Below are positions 41,651 through 64,000 of a stretch of 64,000 bases of DNA, piece by piece. Below the pieces are notes generated by a model. The model had not been told where the DNA came from. It saw only the letters and a list, made by a program, of their open reading frames with translations, and made no database searches. Numbering within the stretch: position 1 is the stretch's first letter; each line of letters opens with the position of its first letter. The position numbers and the translations under genes are program-made. The stretch lies in the NCBI GenBank assembly GCA_012295275.1, contig CM022668.1:868001-932000 (forward strand), written 5' to 3'. This DNA comes from Chrysomallon squamiferum (lineage: Eukaryota > Animalia > Mollusca).

Positions 41651-44600
41651 ATGTTAAATTTTCCTATTATATGCTAAATGAAAAACGATGGAATTAATTA
41701 AATTGTTTGTATAAAATAATTACTTGTTAATGCAAAACAGTTTTGTGGATTATATAAAATAAATACTACTTTAGTACTTAAAGCGCAGGTGTTTACATTT
41801 TTTATAACACATTTATATCATTCAGTGAATTTTTATCTAGTTGATTTCTTGACAGTTCACTCATAATTAATATTCAAATAAAATATTCAAGTTTTCTTTT
41901 CGTAATGAAAACATCAGTGCACCTTTTTACTAAAAATGTTGTTTCACCCACTAACTCAGTCTTTCTAAGCTGTTATATTAATAATCTGAACTATTATAAT
42001 TATTTAAATTTTAATCAAAAAATAATTACATAAAAGATTTTAAAAATTAACTTAGATTAGCATACAGTTTTGTTATTTCGTGTGATTGTTATAAAAATCA
42101 TCCTTTAATATGTAATAACTATTAATAATTAATTATAAAATATTTTAATATTTGTTAAACAAATATTTATTTATTAATGTTTCTGTGAAAACACCTCAAC
42201 ACCAAACATTCCTTCAGAAACTGAATTTATTTCTTGGTCCCATGATTTACACAGCATTAACTCTTGAAAATAACCTTTGAAAACTGAAATACCCAATGCA
42301 AGTAGACAGGACTTGCCAATTAATTGTTAAAATTGAACCCTTAAAGGCTGTCAAGGAAAATGTATGCATGCTCAGTGTAGCATTTTGGGCTTGTGTTTGA
42401 GCATCTACATATATTAATACTCTAATTAGTCTGATAACCAACTCTGGTTAATCTTGAAAAGCTTTGATCATTGAACTAATTCTTTTATGTTTGTCACAAA
42501 TAAAAATGTACTATACTTATTAGGTGTGAGATAGTGTATCTCTTCAAATGAATTTTTACTGTTTGCATCTGATGAATTTACATAAGTGAGCTGCAAAGAA
42601 GCCAGAATTTAACTCACTGCATTTTAAGGATTCTTATTTCACAGTGTTTATTTAGCTAAATAAGTAATTCTGAGTTTATTGTAAATTTCAAAGTTATGCC
42701 AATACTATTTCATTTCTATATTGAATATCAGTGTATCATGTAGAGTTGTCACTGGATGATAAACTTAAAATTATTTAACAATTAGGAAAGTTTACCAAAC
42801 CAACATTACTGTAAGTAAGTAATTTATTTTGGAAATCAGCTCTGTCCAACATACTTAACAAAAGTAACCGTGAAGTGGAATCTGTGATATCTCTACTAGG
42901 AAGTGAAATGACCAGCATCCAAGTATTGGAAATGATTGGCAGGTTGAAAACCTTACTATTTATAAAGATAAAAGTTTCTTAAAACATGCTGAATCTTTAA
43001 CACAAGTTAACAATGATGTGCATGTCAGCAAAGAACAATGAAATATTTTAAAATGTTAGACATCTGTATAGAGCTTACACTTTAATTTTGTTACTGATGA
43101 TTTCTAAATAATGTAAATCATTTAGACTTTCTATGTTTTTACTACATGCACATCTTACAATGACTATCTCTTGAAACCTCAGTAAACTGAACACTTCTCT
43201 GAACTGGGCAATGATTTGTCCCACGAGTGCTCTGTTTAAAGGAGTTTAACTGTATATACACTATTCCTATTCTAAAATCATTTGTAGAAAGGCACAGATT
43301 TAAATCAGTCATATAATAATAGTTCTTTTGGAAAATAAGTATTGTAAGAACTTTTTTTTCGGTTTTTATTTTTTATTTATTTATTTTATTTTATTGTATT
43401 ACATTGTATTGTATTTTATTATATTTCTATTTATCTTTCTTTTTTTTTTTTAGTTTATTTTGTTTATTTTCTACTTTTTGTCTGTGGCTGTAATCATTTT
43501 AAAAGTTTATCTGGGTTTTGAAAAAACTTACGTACCTAATTACACCTGCTATACTTGTAGATATTCATATTTACTAGTCACTTGTCCTGTAGCTCTAAAG
43601 AATACTGTAACAGAGTTCAGATTTTAAATTATATTGTTAGTTTACATTTTAAAAAAGTAAATTTTAAACAAATGCTTTCTTCATATTTATTTTCTTTTAT
43701 TTTAATTAATTTTTACTTTTTAAATGTTTTTTATTTATCAATAGTATCAGTTACTTAAATAATTTCTTTTATAATTAGCTTTTTTTTAAATTTCCTTTTT
43801 TATTCTTCTTATTCTTATTAATAGGTTTATTTATTTATTTGTATTATTAATATATATTTTTATATATTTTTTTTTTTTCTTTTTTTGTCCTAGAATAGTG
43901 AACAAAATAAAGGTCCTCTGGCCTAATGATTAAAATTATTTTCATCTGGTTATACATAGTTGCCAAAGATACAATATTCTTATCTATGTATCACAGAATA
44001 TATCTGGTGAGCTACAGCAACCAACTGTCAAATTGCTGCTTCTCCAAGATTGTGGCCATGTTTGAAATATCAAGGGTTAGTCTGGGCTGGCAGGAAATAT
44101 TTTTGGCAGGTTTCTAGAAGTGATGTGAGAGTCTCTGACAGCAGTATGCTGCTGGTTGCTCAGTTATGTAACAACAACAAGTTTCTGGCAGTAAGTATAG
44201 CCTTGTAATTTGTAAAATAAACAATTGTCTAAAAAAATAATTAATTTGTGTTTGTTGCTCTAAAAATAATTTTATAATGAATATATCAGTGTGATTTGTA
44301 TAGTAATCAATGTTAAATTTAAAAAATAATAATAATAAAAAAAATAATATATCTGTTTTTTCTAAGAGTAACTATATATATAAAATTTATATAAAAATAA
44401 ATCTCTTACCAAAAAGTACCAAAAAATGTTTTGCCAATGTTCTGGGTGGTTTGTATAAATGAAAAATTAGAATCATTTTATAAAACAAATAATAATATAA
44501 ATCAGTTTAAAAAAATATATTTTGACTGTTCGTTGTCCTGAATTAAAAACCGGTTTTAATAATAAATAGGCCTATTTCAGTATATAATTTGGATAAAAAC

Positions 44601-45083
44601 ATTTGTTTTTGTTTAGTTTACCTTTTCAGTAAAATAACAAAAATAACAAACAACTGTTATTTATGAATAAAACTTCTGATGGAAATTTCAGATACTGAAA
44701 TGAAATTAGTGATCTTGTTTCAAAATTATTATTGTATTCTTTTTGCATTATTCTGTTATTCTTTATTTTATTTCATATAAACAGGTTGTTTTCTTTTTTT
44801 CATAATATTTTTTTTTTTACAAATAATTTAAGTACCTTTGGAAAAACATTTAAAAAGAACGAAATTATATTTAACAACTTCCAGATTGTTTTTCTTTTTT
44901 CTTCATCTTCTTTTTTACCCCCAATTATAAACATTAGGAAAAAACTAATAATATCTAAATTATTTTTATCAAAAGAAAATTTGACACAGTACTGATAAAC
45001 TGTGGTAAAATTACCAGATAAGTATTTATTTTTAATCTTTTAATGTTACCTTTTCTTTTTTTCTATTTTTTTCTATTAACACC

Positions 45084-45087
<4 letters not shown>

Positions 45088-45119
<32 letters not shown>
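45088..45119. repeat. (TA)n microsatellite
   Basis: Direct reading. Confidence 0.9.
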
Positions 45120-45124
<5 letters not shown>

Positions 45125-45626
45125 CCAGCATGATGCATGCATGCATATGTGTCTTATCATACACATACTGACCAATATTCATATGCACATAAACACACAC
45201 ACACATAAAAACACAAAAACTAACATGATTTTACCAAGATTAATAATTATGTTCATATCTATTTAAACTTTCTAGCTATATCTTTTTGAAACTAATCATT
45301 CAGTCACTGATTTTGAGGCACAATTCACTATTCCTTTTTGTTGTAGTTTTTCATTTCACCTGTTATAATTTTCTCTTATCAGTTTATTGGCACAATCTTT
45401 ATACAAACAAGATAGATGAATTTGGCATTTCTGTAACCTTTGCCAGTGAAGAGTTAAAGCTACAGTATAACCATTGTTGGGAAGCATTTTTTATAGCTCT
45501 CTTTATAATTACCACTTGTATTTATAGTATGTTAAGATAAAAGTATTATTAAAAATAAAAATTTTCATTAAAAAAATAATTCCTTGAAATCAAGATTGAA
45601 CAATAGCTCAAAATACATTTTGTATA

Positions 45627-46478
45627 GGGTAAGCTGGGGTAATTCTGGCCCCCTTTTCCATTCAAACTCACCTATAGTTTCACAGTCAAAAGAAAACAAC
45701 AAAATGGAGTGAATAATGTCTTGTATATCTAGTTCTGCTTCAAAATACACAAACACTATAAGCATAGTGCTTATACTTTTGAAATGGGAACCAGGTTAAA
45801 AATTGTTGTCAGGTGCCAGATTTGCTAGATTTGCCAGATTTTGCCAGTTTTGCCTCTCTCACCTTTGTTTCCTTTGCCATTTCTTCCTCCTTGTTCTTCT
45901 TCTCTGCCAACTCTTCTTCATACCTCTTGACACTTTCTTCTTCTGTCAGTATCTCGGCACACTTTATCCTATTGATTTTATTTGAAGTTTGACAGCATGC
46001 CCCATCAGATGGACTGTGGACTTTCAATTGTTTCAAAAAATTTAATTGGACTATATCAATGCCAAAACTATTGATTTCAGTATCACATATTTACCCCATC
46101 CATGGGGGCCAGAATTGCCCCAAGTGGTGGAGTAAAATAAAGCACATATTTCTTGCCTGATTACCACATATTAATCAAGTTTCTTCTGCTGAACATAATA
46201 ATTGATTATATGTTTACCTGATATAAGTATCACTAACCTTATGTCCATAGGACAAAAAAAATAACACTCATTTTTTTGAAACCTCAAAAAGCTATTTTTT
46301 TACAACCTCATTGTTTTCACTAATTTCATATGTAAATGTCTGATTACTTACATTCTTTGTTCTAATGAGAGATAGGAAGGTTCTAGTTATATCAACAAAG
46401 TCCCAGAAATCTGGACAGAACAGTATAGCAGCTGCAAGTCATAATATACCTTGTGGGCAAAATTTCCCACTTTACCCC
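45627..46478 (-). mobile_element. Deleted DNA transposon relic, Tc1/mariner-pogo-like
   Basis: Left end ta|gggtaagctggggtaattctggcccc; right end gggcaaaatttcccactttacccc; an internal inverted copy ggggccagaattgcccca near 46105-46122. The residual ORF 45809-46036 (-) EILTEEE...EELAEKKNKEEE resembles the charged C-terminal region of pogo-type DDE transposases. Confidence 0.6.
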
Positions 46479-49054
46479 ACTTCTTAATAATTATTTTATT
46501 TTTATTGCATAATATACCTTTAACATACACTTACATCCTTGTTATTTTTATCTCACACCCACACACACACATACACACACAGTAAAGAATAAAGTAAAAT
46601 AATTCTTCAATCAGTTAATTGTTATTAACTGATTTAAGAATTATTTTACTTCATTTTTTAATCTTTGCCCAACAAATACTGAAAATATTAAATCACCTGT
46701 TCATAAAATTTTACTTGATTTACTATATTTTGAACAGTTACTATTACCAAATCAGATTTTAAAAAAAAGAAAATTTATAATGTACTGAGACTGTTTTTAA
46801 CCAGTTGAGGTAAGGTTTAATTTTTTTTCTTTCATAATTTAATATTATTTATGATAAATAAATAAAATGGTTAGTAATAGGCTTTGAAATGATATAAAGA
46901 AAATCAGATATATAAGAATATCAAAAATATTTTACATAAAAATTCATTCATTTTATGCATTGTACTACATACACATACTAAATTTGACACTTGTTAGATC
47001 TATAATAAATGTGTCTAAAATATAAAAAAACAGGGGATTTTTTATTTTTTATTTTTTTTTTACTTCTAGTATAATAGTTTTATGCATGACAAGACTAAGC
47101 ATCTACACTGATTATCTGTGGTTTTCCTAAGCAGATTCAGATGTGACTATTAATATTTATCTAAGGCTTATCTAATCAGTTCCAGTTTTCTTAATTGTAG
47201 GTGACCTTGATACAAAAACATATGGCGGTGTTGCAGTCAAGAAAAACATTTAATAATGTAAATGTAGAGAATAAATCAGCTAATTTAATGTATACTTCAG
47301 ATTTTTTTTTAATAATTGTATTATTATACTGGGAAAAAAACCCTCTGCTTTTAATAATATTTTTACTATACTCTATTCTGAAACCTGAATAATGGGCAAA
47401 ATTTTGTTCCTTAATGTAAGCAATTAAATAAAAATAAATGCTTGTTAAATATGTATTTTGTTTTACTGTAATACACATTTACAAGATTAATACTAATTAA
47501 TAGTTTTTCTTTACTTTATACATTTACATTTATGTTGGATAATAAGTTTAATTATTGTCACAATGCTTTCATGAAAAGGCATCTGTTAATTACGTGTTGT
47601 AAAACAGCAAACAGGGGATTAAAACAGACACAGAAGTTCTACATCTTGTCTCTTTTTAAATAATAAATTATAATAAATTAAATAAAACAGAAGTAATACA
47701 CCCATATGGCTAGATATAAGAATGCATTTTATTTTTATTTTTATCAATACATGGTAAACTTGACTGTTGGGTAATATGTATTAGCAGAGGACTGGTTGTA
47801 CATTGTTATTTATCTCCCAGTGAAGGTTCATACTGTGTTTTCAGCTGAAGAAACATGTCTTTGTGGAGATCACTAACACATTCTATGACGTACTTCATGA
47901 TCTAGGTCATACACTGTTTGATTCTCACATACATACATTTTTCCTTATTTATCTCAGGAGTTCATATCATCTGACCATCTATTTCCCAACACTCATTTAC
48001 CCTGTATCAAATAACAGCTTTAATACATGCCAGTTTCTTCTTTCGTCTAAGTTTGTAATTTTTATAAGCAAACAGTTTGGAAACAAATTGTTTAATTAAA
48101 ATAACTTTGATTACAGAGTTAATCAGAGTTACTGATAATTTAATGTTTATGTTCACTGAGCTATTTCCATTTCCAATCATCACTTCAGTATTGTCATATT
48201 GCATACCTGGTCTGTCAGAACATGTATATACAAGATCATTTTATTTTAATAGAAAAATATTGATACATTAAATTGGTAAAGCAGATTTCATCATTTATTT
48301 TTTAGAAAAATCTACACAATGCCATTCAGGTGTCATTAATACTTTTCATCAATGTGTCATATAAATAGTGTTACATATTCTTAATATCTCACATAACCAA
48401 AAATCATAGTTAGGCAAAAACAACAAAATGATAATAAACAGTTCTTTTTCTTTTGTTTTTCTTTTCTTTATTTTTAATACTTCATTAAGATTAAAGCTAA
48501 ATACAGATATGTGTGTGCTACATAATATTTCGTGAGTAAAGAAAGTGCTATAAGAAAATGTGTTTTATAGCTGCCTATCAGATATCTGTGTAGTGGAGGT
48601 GTTTGATATGATCCAAACACATATGGTTGTGAAATGCCAGGGTTCAATGCCGCCTATTGATGAGGTACAGACACCTACTAGTGTTTCATACATTCTGTCT
48701 TAATACTGAGCTTTTTGGCTTGATCTCCTTTTATAAGTGAGATGGAAATTTGGGTTGTAAAATGACTGAATGGATTTAGAAGTTTCTATATATTTTGATG
48801 TAATTCATGCACAAGGTTTGAAATTCTTTTCAGGAAATATTTTTGTGGAGATTATGTATTCATTTGTAATGTGAATTTTTGTTCAACATAACAATAATAC
48901 TGTGTTTTTATATGTATGGATATAAATTTTATATGTGTATGTGAAAACATTTGGTGGTATAAAATAATATAACTGCTAAATATAAATATTTATTTATTTT
49001 ATTTATTTATTATATTCCTACTCTAACTTTCAGTGATCATTGGTTAATTAAAAG

Positions 49055-49170
49055 TTTATAAAAGTATTTATAATAATGTTTTATTATAGATGAATTCTTG
49101 GCAGAGTCAACTTTATAAAAGTATTCATAATACTGTTTTATTATAGATGAATTCTTGGCAGAGTCAACTT
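49055..49170. repeat. 57-bp tandem duplication (2 copies)
   Basis: tttataaaagtatt.ataata.tgttttattatagatgaattcttggcagagtcaac occurs twice, starting at 49055 and 49112. Confidence 0.9.
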
Positions 49171-49293
49171 CTGTAAATATCAAAAATATATGTTTAAAGT
49201 ATCTCTCTCTCTTTATATTTCCAGATTTAAACTAAATGTTGTTACAGTATATTTTATCCTTTTTATTTAAGAATAATTTCAACTGAAATCAAA

Positions 49294-63894
<14,601 letters not shown>

Positions 63895-64000
63895 GTATTT
63901 TAAAAAAAAAAACATAATTCAAATATCCAAGACTTTAATAAAAAAATTATGGCACTGAGAGTATTACAATATGTTATACAGAATGTCAAAAACATTCATA

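Overview
AT-rich, intron-dense animal DNA; a lophotrochozoan invertebrate such as a mollusc is my inference. Four spliced genes were reconstructed by hand from splice signals and translation. (1) Minus strand: a mitochondrial-type carbamoyl-phosphate synthetase (CPS1/CPS III family), 29 coding exons from 15783 running off the left edge, with the glutaminase Cys-His-Glu triad intact. (2) Plus strand: puromycin-sensitive aminopeptidase NPEPPS, 20408-32109, 21 exons, about 866 aa. (3) Minus strand: NUB1, 40724-33044, 16 exons, about 608 aa, with one GC-AG intron. (4) Plus strand: an obscurin/UNC-89-like gene (Ig, 3.0-kb acidic exon, Ig, Ig, SH3, SH3) running off the right edge. Introns hold a clean 590-bp MITE, two DNA-transposon relics, local duplications and microsatellites. 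The most interesting observations are four. A hidden composite exon (57583-57761, absent from the ORF track) would switch the obscurin-like gene between an SH3-bearing long form and a short tail-anchored membrane form. An inverted copy of the NPEPPS exon 13 acceptor region sits in intron 18. A tandem duplication creates an in-frame 33-nt candidate exon in NPEPPS. An apparent 1-nt deletion in a CPS exon could be rescued by a nearby donor. All gene models are manual and have no transcript support.
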